From NCBI GenBank assembly GCA_016204995.1, contig JACQJR010000001.1:28548-92547 (forward strand): DNA of 64,000 nt. The letters run 5' to 3'. The DNA is from Candidatus Microgenomates bacterium (GTDB taxonomy: Bacteria; Patescibacteriota; Microgenomatia; UBA8517; JACQJR01). A model generated the notes under the pieces. The model saw nothing but the letters and a program-made list of their open reading frames with translations. It did not search any database and had not been told where the DNA came from. The translations under genes and the position numbers were made by a program. Positions 10,284 to 19,192 of this stretch are shown here, one piece after another. Position 1 is the first letter of the stretch. Every line of letters begins with the position of its first letter.

Positions 10284-12578
10284 CTAATTGCCACCTTTGG
10301 CTATTTTTCTTTCACTATTATGTATAACATTTCTCACTCGTTCAATACTATCGGGGTTAACTGAAATACTGGTTATTCCCCATTCTACTAAATTTGCGAC
10401 CATTGTGTCATAGACAGATGGAGCCTGGCCGCAGATTGAGGAAGTTACCTTAAATTTATGGCAAATTTTAATGGTGTGTTCAAGAGCCCATAACACTACG
10501 GGACTTTGTTCATTAAAATCAGCCGCCACAGTTTCATTATCCCGGTCTGTACCAATTAGAGCCATCGTCAGGTCATTTGAGCCAATAGACACTCCATCAA
10601 TTCCTATTTTAATAAAATCAGGAAGTTGGATGACATTTACCGGCAGTTCTACCATCATCCATAATTTGAAAGTAGGACTTCTAGAAAGACCAGCACTAAC
10701 CACAATTTTTTTAACTTCAGATAGTTCTTGTGGCGAACGGACAAAGGGAATCATTAACCAGAGATTATTTAAACCCTCTTCGCGAACTTTTTTAATAGCT
10801 GCCAGTTCCAGTTTAAAAGAAGCTGGATCGCTGACATATCTGAAAGCTCCCCGAAAACCAAGCAAGGGGTTAGGCTCCTGCGGCTCATATCTTTCCCCGC
10901 CTTTTAAATTACGGTATTCATTAGTTTTAAAATCTGTCGTCCGATAAACAACCGGCCTGGGATAAAATGCGTCGCAAAATATTTTTAGTTCATCTGTCAG
11001 TTTGCCAATAAATTCTTTTTGCTTTTTATCAGCGATGACTTTTTTCGGATGAACGCCAATATTAGCCATCATAAATTCAGCTCGCAAAAGTCCTACTCCG
11101 TCTACATTACGGCTGGCAATCTCTTTGGCTTTTTCCGGTTCGGCCAAATTAACATACACCTTAGTTGCTGTTTTTAAATGGGCTCCTAGGCTGTTAGGCT
11201 CTTGGGCTGTTAGAATTTTAGATGAACTAGTATTTTGATAACCGCCCTTATAAACTAAACCTTTGGCTCCATCAATAGTGATAATCGCCCCATTTGTTAA
11301 AAAGGCGGTAGCATTTTTAGTTCCCACCACGCAAGGTACGCCTAGTTCGCGCGAGACAATGGCGGCGTGCGAGGTTTGACCGCCGCTATCAGTCACAATG
11401 CCGGCCACTTTGCGCATAGCCGGCACATAATCCGGTGAAGTCATGACAGCCACTAAAATATCACCCTTTTGCACTTTATCAATTTCCTTGGGCGATTTAA
11501 CTTTTACTACGCGACCCGTAGCAATTCCAGGACTGGCACTAATACCCCTAAGAATGAGCTTAGAGCTTAGTATGGACTGCTTTTTACTAACCTCTAACCC
11601 CTCATTACCATTTACTAATGTCGTTATCGGTCTAGTCTGGACAATATAAAACTTCTTTTTGGCATAAGCCCATTCAATATCCTGCGGAAAGTAATAATGC
11701 TTATGAATACTAATTAGAATTCGCGATAGTTCTCTAATTTGTTTTTCATTTAACTTTTGTCTTTTTTGTTTATTGCTTGGGACTTTTCCTTCGCGGGTGA
11801 CATTTTCTACTTTGGCTAACTCTACTTCCTGGACTGCTTTTTCCTGGGAAATAACTGCGAGAGTATTGTGGTTGACCCGGTAGCGGTCAGGTACCACTTC
11901 TCCCTGGACAATCATTTCCCCTAGTCCCCATATCGCCTCAATTAATAAGACATTTTTTTCATGCGTAATTGGATCAACAGTAAAAGCCACCCCGGAAATT
12001 TCCGATTCCACCATTTGTTGCACTACTACCGCAATTTTGACTTTACTTTCGCTAATTTTGTTTTGATGACGATAAAAAATCGCCCTCGGAGTAAAAAGAG
12101 AAGTCCAGCAGTCGCGGATAGCTTCAAATAAATTAGGCTCACCTTTAATATTTAAAAAGGTGGCTTGCTGGCCGGCAAAGGAGGCCTTAGGTAAATCTTC
12201 AGCGGTTGCCGAGGAACGAACAGCTACTTGGGCTTTTTTTAAGAGGCCGCTTAACTTCCGATATCTAACAATAGTTTCGCGGGCTACACTGTCTGGAAAT
12301 TTGGATTTTTTAAAAAGGGATGTGATTTTGTAGGAAGCATCCTGTAAAGAGGTGGGTTTATCCGTATCAACATGCTTTAAAATTTCAGCCAAACGTGTTT
12401 TAAGATTATTTTCTTCTAGAAATGCTTCGTAAGAATGAGTGGTGAGGATAAATCCGGGTGGGACAGGGAAACCGTGACTGGCTATCTCCCCTAAATTCGC
12501 CCCTTTACCGCCAACTAACGGAATATCCTCTTTATCAACCTCTTTAAAATCAACAATTAACTTAGGAGCAGTCGGCAT
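10284..12578 (-). CDS. ppsA: Phosphoenolpyruvate synthase (PEP-utilising enzyme family)
   Basis: The 764-aa product has an N-terminal ATP-grasp region (LVGGKGANLGEI), a phosphohistidine mobile domain (GGQTSHAAIVSRELGVPCVVG) and a C-terminal TIM-barrel PEP-binding domain. PPDK cannot be fully excluded by eye. Confidence 0.75.
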   Translation of the reverse strand: MPTAPKLIVDFKEVDKEDIPLVGGKGANLGEIASHGFPVPPGFILTTHSYEAFLEENNLKTRLAEILKHVDTDKPTSLQDASYKITSLFKKSKFPDSVARETIVRYRKLSGLLKKAQVAVRSSATAEDLPKASFAGQQATFLNIKGEPNLFEAIRDCWTSLFTPRAIFYRHQNKISESKVKIAVVVQQMVESEISGVAFTVDPITHEKNVLLIEAIWGLGEMIVQGEVVPDRYRVNHNTLAVISQEKAVQEVELAKVENVTREGKVPSNKQKRQKLNEKQIRELSRILISIHKHYYFPQDIEWAYAKKKFYIVQTRPITTLVNGNEGLEVSKKQSILSSKLILRGISASPGIATGRVVKVKSPKEIDKVQKGDILVAVMTSPDYVPAMRKVAGIVTDSGGQTSHAAIVSRELGVPCVVGTKNATAFLTNGAIITIDGAKGLVYKGGYQNTSSSKILTAQEPNSLGAHLKTATKVYVNLAEPEKAKEIASRNVDGVGLLRAEFMMANIGVHPKKVIADKKQKEFIGKLTDELKIFCDAFYPRPVVYRTTDFKTNEYRNLKGGERYEPQEPNPLLGFRGAFRYVSDPASFKLELAAIKKVREEGLNNLWLMIPFVRSPQELSEVKKIVVSAGLSRSPTFKLWMMVELPVNVIQLPDFIKIGIDGVSIGSNDLTMALIGTDRDNETVAADFNEQSPVVLWALEHTIKICHKFKVTSSICGQAPSVYDTMVANLVEWGITSISVNPDSIERVRNVIHNSERKIAKGGN

Positions 12579-12638
12579 TACTTCTATTTTGATTAAATTT
12601 AGCTGAATTTACAAGTGGAGGTTGTTATATGTAAGTTA

Positions 12639-12986
12639 TTACTCTATCCAGACATCTACTTTAGGACATTTGCCGGATAATGTAACTTCACTAATCTTTT
12701 TATAAATTTGAGATCGATAGTCCTTATCAACTTTGAAAAATTTATAATCCTTGCCATCTACATCTTTTACTCCTAAGCTGAAGTATCCTTCTGTTATACC
12801 CACATGTGATTGTCCAATGGAGTAAACTTTACAATTAACAATAAATTTTTCTGCTTCTTCATATGTCAGTTTTTCATGCTCTTGGTGATTTATTGCAGGT
12901 TGTTTAGAAAACCAATAAGCTCCACCTACAGCTAGAACTATTAGAAGTAAAATTAAAATTGGAGCCAGGCCCTTTTGATTTCTCAC
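12639..12986 (-). CDS. Hypothetical small membrane-anchored protein
   Basis: The 115-aa ORF has an N-terminal TM helix (LAPILILLLIVLAVGGAYWF). No recognisable domain was found. Confidence 0.3.
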   Translation of the reverse strand: MRNQKGLAPILILLLIVLAVGGAYWFSKQPAINHQEHEKLTYEEAEKFIVNCKVYSIGQSHVGITEGYFSLGVKDVDGKDYKFFKVDKDYRSQIYKKISEVTLSGKCPKVDVWIE

Positions 12987-13027
12987 TAATTCACTATAGC
13001 ACTTATTTTCCTTGTCAAGTTATTAAT

Positions 13028-13684
13028 TTAAGGCCTGAATTTTTCTTTAATTCTTTCCTGCTCTATTCGATAGCCCTTTTGATCTTTCCTTAACTTTTTC
13101 TCCAAAGACTGGACTAGTAAACGTAAAAGATAATCTGTTTTATTGATTAATTCCATAAAGATTTCGTAGGTAAGGGTATGACCATTAAGGGTGGATAAGG
13201 GTTGATGATAAGGGTGGCTTGGATCTGTTGGTTCACCCTTAATCTGATTTGGACCCTTAAGTTCCCTTAAATTTATTCCCAAACTTAAAAGCGAAGATCC
13301 AGCTATGGATTTCAAAAATCCATCTGTTTTAGCATCTCTTAAATCACCCTTAACTTCTTCCAACGACCCTTGGGCATAGCCTAAAAAATTTAAATATTCA
13401 GAAGTAGTGGATCTTTTCCAGCCTTCTTCAATATTTCTTTTCTGACTTCTGGCCGCATCGTCAAGCTGCGCTTTTAGGCGTCTTTCAGAAAAGGGTAGCG
13501 TCGCGGTAAATTTGCGGACTAAAACTCGTAGCAAAGCCGCATTTTGCCAAACTGCCAGATATTGAAAACCTTGAGGATCTTGCCAAATACGAGATCTTTG
13601 TAAAGGTTTTTTAGGTGTGGAAAGCTCTTTAAGGGTTTTGGCTATTTGTTCTTTAATGACTTCGGCCTGGGTCAGGTCACTCAT
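13028..13684 (-). CDS. Four-helix-bundle protein (TIGR02436-like family, formerly called 23S rRNA intervening-sequence protein) with a C-terminal extension
   Basis: The YLAVWQNAALLRVLV...LPFSERRLKAQLDDAARSQKRNIEEG...SEYLNFLGYAQGSLEEVKGDLRDA pattern matches the conserved family layout. Confidence 0.55.
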   Translation of the reverse strand: MSDLTQAEVIKEQIAKTLKELSTPKKPLQRSRIWQDPQGFQYLAVWQNAALLRVLVRKFTATLPFSERRLKAQLDDAARSQKRNIEEGWKRSTTSEYLNFLGYAQGSLEEVKGDLRDAKTDGFLKSIAGSSLLSLGINLRELKGPNQIKGEPTDPSHPYHQPLSTLNGHTLTYEIFMELINKTDYLLRLLVQSLEKKLRKDQKGYRIEQERIKEKFRP

Positions 13685-13687
13685 AAA

Positions 13688-14101
13688 TTAAGGGGTTCTT
13701 TGTGATTTTCGCAGCTCTTCGGTTTCGTCGGGGCGGTTATAGTCGTCTTCTAGACGATAAGTGGTGCCAGTTTCGGGAGTTGATGATTCTAAAATATCGC
13801 AATCAGTGATACCTTTACACCTATGTTTTTGCATAGCTTTGACGAAATATCCTTTTTCCAACTCCATAGGCAGCTCTTGTAAAGTTCCATTCTCATCTTC
13901 CAGATAAATTATCGCCTCGCCCTTGACTAAAGTAAGTACCTCTTCTTTTTGATCATGATATTGCAAACTAAATCTGGCACCGGAATTTAAATGGAGGATT
14001 TTACTGGTAATGGGACTGTCTGAGGAAGAAAGTATCAGTTCATATCCCCAAGGCTTATCAATTTTTTTAGCATAGGCAATTGTAGAAAAATTATTTACCA
14101 T
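13688..14101 (-). CDS. Cupin-domain protein. It is probably a type II phosphomannose isomerase-like sugar isomerase.
   Basis: The KPWGYE...LHLNSGARFSLQYHDQKEEVLTLVKGEAII region is typical of the ManC-C-terminal / PMI cupin. The ORF is adjacent to and overlaps the phosphomannomutase gene. Confidence 0.5.
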   Translation of the reverse strand: MVNNFSTIAYAKKIDKPWGYELILSSSDSPITSKILHLNSGARFSLQYHDQKEEVLTLVKGEAIIYLEDENGTLQELPMELEKGYFVKAMQKHRCKGITDCDILESSTPETGTTYRLEDDYNRPDETEELRKSQRTP

Positions 14102-15467
14102 TTTGTTTAATTAACTCTACTATCTCTGGGAAATGCTGATCTAAAACTTCTTTATTATATGCTTCAACGTTTAAGCGCATCAATGGTTCGGTATTAGAAG
14201 TCCGTAAGGAGAGCCGCCAGCCTGGATAATTTATAGCTACCCCATCTAACTCATCTAATTGACCATCCTGATATTTATTTTTAACCATTTCTAAAATTTC
14301 ACTGGCATTTTCCACCTTAAAATTAACTTCTCCGGATTCAAAACTCCTTCTATAATCTGCGACAATTTGAGAAAATGATTTACCACTTTCAGCTAAAACT
14401 TTCAAAATTGTTAAAATCACCGGCATTTGCGATTCAGCATTACCGGTTTCTTTAAAGTAATAGTGACCCGACGATTCTCCGGCAAAAATAGCATTGGTTT
14501 TACTCATATCTTCCGTAATATAAGCATGTCCCACTTTAGTAATTCCTATTTTTCCGCCATTTTCTTCAATAATTTTCTTAGGGGTGAGAATGTAGCGAAT
14601 ATCCACTAAAAACGATTCTCCTGGATGAGTTTTTAATAAGTCATGAGCTACTATGGCAGTAATGGCTGTAGGCGGCACAATTTCTCCTTTTTCGTCAATA
14701 AAAAACAAGCGATCTCCATCTCCATCAGGTGCTAAACCTAAATCAGCTCCTTCGGCTATGACTCGCTTTTGTAAATCTACTAAGGTTTCTTTTTGTAGGG
14801 GATCTGGTTGATGGACTGGAAAAGTACCATCTAATTCAAAATTCATTTTTATTAAATCTACTGGAACTTTACTAAAGAGAGCTTCAATATATTGCGAGCC
14901 CATGGCATTGGCGGCATCGGCCACAATTCTAAACTTTTTTATTTGAGGGTTGCCAGCAATTTTTAAGGCATTTTCTACCTCATCTAACAAAATTCCTTCT
15001 TTTTTAATGACTGTCCCACCAGGTTGAGGCTCCAGGGTTTCTCCTTGTAGGGTTATTGTTTTAATTTCTTCCAGGCCAGTAGGTTTACCTATTTTAATAA
15101 GTCCATTTGGACTATTTTTAACGATCTTGATGCCGTTATATTCTTTAGGATTATGTGAGGCAGTAATTTGGATACCGGCCGCATGCTTATAATAATGAAC
15201 GGCAAAATAAAAAGTCGGAGTAGACACTATACCGATATCAACCACCCGAGCCCCCAAACCAACTAAAGTTTCAATGGCCACTTTGGTTAGAATGGTTGAG
15301 GAAATTCTCATATCAGTTCCCACCACAATATCCGACGTCTTAAGAAATTTATAAATAGCGTGGATAATAGGAACAATATTTTCTTCGTTTAATTCGTCAG
15401 GATAAATAGCGCGAATATCGTAGCCTTTAAAAATAGTCGGAGAAATATTTGTCATTAATATATTCAA
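14091..15467 (-). CDS. Phosphomannomutase / phosphoglucomutase (alpha-D-phosphohexomutase)
   Basis: The 458-aa product has the active-site phosphoserine loop ITASHNPKEYNGIKI and the metal-binding loop DGDGDR (LAPDGDGDRLF). Confidence 0.85.
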   Translation of the reverse strand: MNILMTNISPTIFKGYDIRAIYPDELNEENIVPIIHAIYKFLKTSDIVVGTDMRISSTILTKVAIETLVGLGARVVDIGIVSTPTFYFAVHYYKHAAGIQITASHNPKEYNGIKIVKNSPNGLIKIGKPTGLEEIKTITLQGETLEPQPGGTVIKKEGILLDEVENALKIAGNPQIKKFRIVADAANAMGSQYIEALFSKVPVDLIKMNFELDGTFPVHQPDPLQKETLVDLQKRVIAEGADLGLAPDGDGDRLFFIDEKGEIVPPTAITAIVAHDLLKTHPGESFLVDIRYILTPKKIIEENGGKIGITKVGHAYITEDMSKTNAIFAGESSGHYYFKETGNAESQMPVILTILKVLAESGKSFSQIVADYRRSFESGEVNFKVENASEILEMVKNKYQDGQLDELDGVAINYPGWRLSLRTSNTEPLMRLNVEAYNKEVLDQHFPEIVELIKQNGK

Positions 15468-15469
15468 TA

Positions 15470-16138
15470 TTAAACATTAAGTAAGGCAAGTTCAAGTATG
15501 GGTTTAAGAGGTAAAACACTGGCGCCGGTCTTTGAGTTTCGATCTAACTTTAATAAACTTTGATGCAGAGTTTCCAGTTGTTCTATTTGAAAATTTTTAG
15601 CCTGGAAAAGTAATTTATTCTTCCGCCATGGTGGCAGATTAAATGTTTGTGGGCTGGAACTTGCCCAAATTAATTGGCGGATATGCCAAGCTAATAATGG
15701 TAGTACCATTTCGGCAGCTTCGGTAATTAATAATTGATCCAGAATTTTTAAAGATATTTCTGGTTTTTGCGGATTTAATGATTCTAAAAATTTAAAAACT
15801 AGTTTAGGTAGAGGAAAATCTTCTACCCTCCACTTTTTTGGAAGGCTATTTAATAAGGTTTTAGGTAATTCTTTACCTTCCCAAAAGATAATTTCGCCCG
15901 CGAGATCTATTTCTAGCCTTTTTTGCTTAATTTTTTTAGTCCAATAGCCCTCTATAAATACCACCGTGTCATTTCCCAGTAATGATTGAGAGATAGCAGC
16001 TAGTTTTAATTGATTAAAATCAGTATTTTTACCATCAAGTTGGGTAATTTGCCATTTTTTTTGCGTAAACTGCTCTTTTAATTGATTAAAACGTTGACGA
16101 GAAGCTATTTGGTTCTCCCCATGTAGCACAATTATCAT
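15470..16138 (-). CDS. holA: Short DNA polymerase III delta-subunit-like protein
   Basis: The N-terminus MIIVLHGENQIASRQRFNQLKEQ resembles HolA N-termini. At 222 aa it is shorter than usual, so confidence is low. Confidence 0.35.
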   Translation of the reverse strand: MIIVLHGENQIASRQRFNQLKEQFTQKKWQITQLDGKNTDFNQLKLAAISQSLLGNDTVVFIEGYWTKKIKQKRLEIDLAGEIIFWEGKELPKTLLNSLPKKWRVEDFPLPKLVFKFLESLNPQKPEISLKILDQLLITEAAEMVLPLLAWHIRQLIWASSSPQTFNLPPWRKNKLLFQAKNFQIEQLETLHQSLLKLDRNSKTGASVLPLKPILELALLNV

Positions 16139-16180
16139 AATTGGTATTTATTGGCATTAGCCCGAAGGGCCAAGCTTTGC

Positions 16181-16585
16181 TTATTTGACATTGGTATTTA
16201 TTCTTTTAGCCATCTCTCTCATCCTTTTTTCAATTCCATAATGTCCTACTAAAGCCCCGGAAAAGTTTTTAGGAATGTGCGCTAATTCGTGAATTAGCAC
16301 TTCATCTTGCTGTCGCCCGTTTAACTTAAAAAACTGATGGGTCACTTCCAAAATATAAGCGGCTTTTACTCCCAAAGCATCTTGCCAAATTCGTGATAAA
16401 CCCCAACATCTGGCATATGCCCGTGATTTAGAACCAGTACTTTCCACACAGAATATTCTATCAGGATTAATATAAGATAACTGATATTCTTTTAAGATTT
16501 GATTGACACGCAAAGCGATCGGAGGGGAAGGGGAAAAAGCAAATTTTTCTCTTCGCTTCTTGCTAAACTTTAAAAACTTCGGCAC
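16181..16585 (-). CDS. SprT-like / DUF45-type putative zinc metalloprotease
   Basis: There is an HELAH (HExxH) motif near the C-terminus, with size and layout similar to SprT/YgjP-type proteins. Confidence 0.4.
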   Translation of the reverse strand: MPKFLKFSKKRREKFAFSPSPPIALRVNQILKEYQLSYINPDRIFCVESTGSKSRAYARCWGLSRIWQDALGVKAAYILEVTHQFFKLNGRQQDEVLIHELAHIPKNFSGALVGHYGIEKRMREMAKRINTNVK

Positions 16586-16814
16586 CTTCTTTTACCTCCT
16601 GATCAATCTTAAGTCCAATGGCCTGACCGGCTTCAGCTTTTTCTAAATTTTGATGTTCAGCTTGCATAGAAACAACTTTTTGAGTAAATAGTTCTTCTCC
16701 GCCTCTAACAAATTTAATGTCATCGCCCACCGCCAAATCACCGCTTAATTCTACTACTCCTACGCCGATTTTATCATAATAATGGGTTAGCTCGCCTACT
16801 TTAATATCAGCCAT
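16563..16814 (-). CDS. Small hypothetical protein with an EF-Tu-domain-2-like beta-barrel
   Basis: The 83-aa ORF has VGDDIKFVRGGEE...QAIGLKI reminiscent of translation-factor domain II. Function is unknown. Confidence 0.3.
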   Translation of the reverse strand: MADIKVGELTHYYDKIGVGVVELSGDLAVGDDIKFVRGGEELFTQKVVSMQAEHQNLEKAEAGQAIGLKIDQEVKEGAEVFKV

Positions 16815-16848
16815 GATTATTACTCACCTCCCTTCGTCCTCCATAGCT

Positions 16849-17361
16849 TTAGGCAACGGAGGATTGTCCGTCTTTGGCATAACAAATCGCAATCGCTAAA
16901 GCGTCTGCCACATCATCAAAATGGGTTTTCTTTTTATTAGGACTGCGTAACCTTGTTCCATCACTATATTGTAGCAAATTGCGGACTACCTTTTTCATCT
17001 CATCCTTTTTAGCCCGGCCATTACCAGTCACCACTTTTTTAATATGCATCGGGCTGAATTCGGTTAAAGGTAAATTCAAATGAGCACAAGCCAGCATAAT
17101 TACCCCCTTGGCTTGAGAGACAGCGATAGCCGTCCTGACGTTAGTCGCAAAAAAGACCTGTTCAATAGCGATCACATCCGGCTGCAACTGGTTCAGCTGC
17201 TCCTTCATTTTATGATAAATTTCATTTAATCTTTGTTCAGGTTTGCCACCTTTAAGAGTTTCTATCCAGTCAAATTTAATAATGGAGATACCATGTCCAT
17301 TACTTTCAATTAACCCAAGTCCAGTGGTGGCAGTACCGGGATCAATCCCGAGGATGCGCAT
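16849..17361 (-). CDS. ruvC: Holliday junction resolvase RuvC
   Basis: The N-terminus is MRILGIDPGTATTGLGLIE. The size (170 aa) and acidic catalytic residues fit RuvC. Confidence 0.85.
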   Translation of the reverse strand: MRILGIDPGTATTGLGLIESNGHGISIIKFDWIETLKGGKPEQRLNEIYHKMKEQLNQLQPDVIAIEQVFFATNVRTAIAVSQAKGVIMLACAHLNLPLTEFSPMHIKKVVTGNGRAKKDEMKKVVRNLLQYSDGTRLRSPNKKKTHFDDVADALAIAICYAKDGQSSVA

Positions 17362-17376
17362 ATTTTCAGTATATCA

Positions 17377-18420
17377 TTATAAAGATAGGATAATTTCCGC
17401 TATTTTATCAGCATCATGCCGCAGTAGGCGATCACGAGGCAAATAAGCAGCTAAATTGGCCTTAATTACTTCAATGGTAGGACAAATCTCTCGACATCTT
17501 TCTTCATCCAGTTCTACTGGATATTGCCCTTCATTTTGATAAATTGCCAAAATATCAGGATCAAAATGATTTTCGTTAACTATTAAGTAATTCAGGCGAT
17601 GCGGGTCGCCTAGATAGTAAACAAATCGTTCTATGTGGTCTGAAAGTTTATAAAAATCGGTTTGTCCTCTTTCAGTGGCTAAATTAGCTACATAAATCAG
17701 GGGTTTTTGCGGATATTCTTTGATAACTTCGGGAATACCATTAATTAAAAAATGAGGTAGGGTGCTACCCCACAGACTGCCGGAAGAAAAAACAATTTTA
17801 TCTGCCAGACTAATTGCTGCCAAAGCCTTGGGATTAGCTTGCGCCGGCGCATTTAAATAAATGCGGATAATTTTATCGCTGGGGTCAAAATCCGGCCTTT
17901 GCCAACGTTGGTCAATAGCTTCTTCGCCTAATAATTCCAAGCCGCTTTGGCATTTAGCAATTAAATGGCGATTTTCCATGGTAGAGGTCATCACATTGCC
18001 GCGGATTTTAAATAGTTTCTTAAAGGCTTCAATGGCCGCCTCGCGTCCGCCATGAATATGCTCCAGTCTTTGAATCAAAATATTGAAGAAATCATGGCCT
18101 TTCATTGGTCCTACTACATCATTAAATCTATCCTCTGATAAAAGAATGGCTTCTTGCTGCTGTTCATCGTCCAAAAAAGCTATCAATGACTGTTTTTCAT
18201 CACCCATTGGCAAAAGACCTAAATCTGACCTGAATCTGCCAGAACTGCCACCGCTATCTAGGGTGGTAGACAAAGAGGTAATTAATTCTGGTGGGTTAAG
18301 CTTACGCAAGCCCCTAAGGACGTTAAACTGACCACCTCCGCCGCCTAAAACCACAATTTTCTGATGATAACGATATTCTTTTTCCGGAGAAGCTGCTTGT
18401 TCTACCCTTTCAGCAACCAT
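17377..18420 (-). CDS. YvcK / CofD-family protein (UPF0052, gluconeogenesis-factor-like)
   Basis: VVLGGGGGQFNVLRGL...TTLDSGGSSGRFR matches the YvcK/CofD N-terminal nucleotide-binding motifs. Confidence 0.55.
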   Translation of the reverse strand: MVAERVEQAASPEKEYRYHQKIVVLGGGGGQFNVLRGLRKLNPPELITSLSTTLDSGGSSGRFRSDLGLLPMGDEKQSLIAFLDDEQQQEAILLSEDRFNDVVGPMKGHDFFNILIQRLEHIHGGREAAIEAFKKLFKIRGNVMTSTMENRHLIAKCQSGLELLGEEAIDQRWQRPDFDPSDKIIRIYLNAPAQANPKALAAISLADKIVFSSGSLWGSTLPHFLINGIPEVIKEYPQKPLIYVANLATERGQTDFYKLSDHIERFVYYLGDPHRLNYLIVNENHFDPDILAIYQNEGQYPVELDEERCREICPTIEVIKANLAAYLPRDRLLRHDADKIAEIILSL

Positions 18421-18449
18421 GACTCCAATTAGAGTAACACAACAATTTG

Positions 18450-18809
18450 TTAAAATCCAGTCACGTTTTGCAAAACTCGTGCATCTACTACTATTCCATT
18501 TTTGATTTCAATGGAAACTACATCAAAACGCATAACGGCCGGAGTTTGGGGATTGCGCAATTTAAAATATTCAGCGGCGCGGGTTAAATGCTGTAATTTG
18601 CGAAGTGTAACGGCCTCTTCTGGTACCCCAAACCTTTTACTCCAGCGCGTCTTTACTTCAATAAAAACTAACTCTTTATTATGTTGGGCTACGATATCAA
18701 TTTCTCCAAATTTTGAGCGGAAATTTCTAGCAATAATTTTATAACCTTGTTTTTTAAGAAGTTGTAAGGCGTAGTCTTCGCCGGCTTTTCCTAAGGCGAG
18801 ATTAGGCAT
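18450..18809 (-). CDS. YraN-family (UPF0102) endonuclease-like protein
   Basis: The 119-aa product has GEDYALQLLKKQGYKI...GEIDIVAQHNKELVFIEVKTR, the characteristic UPF0102 pattern. Confidence 0.7.
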   Translation of the reverse strand: MPNLALGKAGEDYALQLLKKQGYKIIARNFRSKFGEIDIVAQHNKELVFIEVKTRWSKRFGVPEEAVTLRKLQHLTRAAEYFKLRNPQTPAVMRFDVVSIEIKNGIVVDARVLQNVTGF

Positions 18810-19156
18810 TATGACTTTTTGTGGCGAGCAGTCCGATGAGTCATTTTGTCAAAAGCAGCTTTGGATCTACCTCTTAAATAATAGAGTTTAGCGTGCTTAA
18901 TGCCGCTGGTTCCCTTTTGCTTAACATCAACTTTTTGAATCCAAGGAGAAGAAAGCGGGAAAATCTGCTCAATCCCGACATTATCAACCCCCATTCGTCT
19001 AACAGTAAACGATTTATTTTCCCCTTCGCCGCGGATAGCAATCACTATACCTTCAAAAATAGTCTCACTTCGTCCTGTTTCAGCCGACTTTAAATGAAGC
19101 CGAATGGTATCGCCGACCCCAAATTCAATTTCGTTGTATTTAGTAAAAAGAGCCAT
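18809..19156 (-). CDS. rplS: 50S ribosomal protein L19
   Basis: VGDTIRLHLK...IFEGIVIAIRGEG...FTVRRMGVDNVGIEQIFPLSSPWIQKVDV...AKLYYLRGRS matches the L19 consensus. Confidence 0.9.
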   Translation of the reverse strand: MALFTKYNEIEFGVGDTIRLHLKSAETGRSETIFEGIVIAIRGEGENKSFTVRRMGVDNVGIEQIFPLSSPWIQKVDVKQKGTSGIKHAKLYYLRGRSKAAFDKMTHRTARHKKS

Positions 19157-19192
19157 AAGCTGATATATTTTAGCACGAATTGAGAAGATTAA

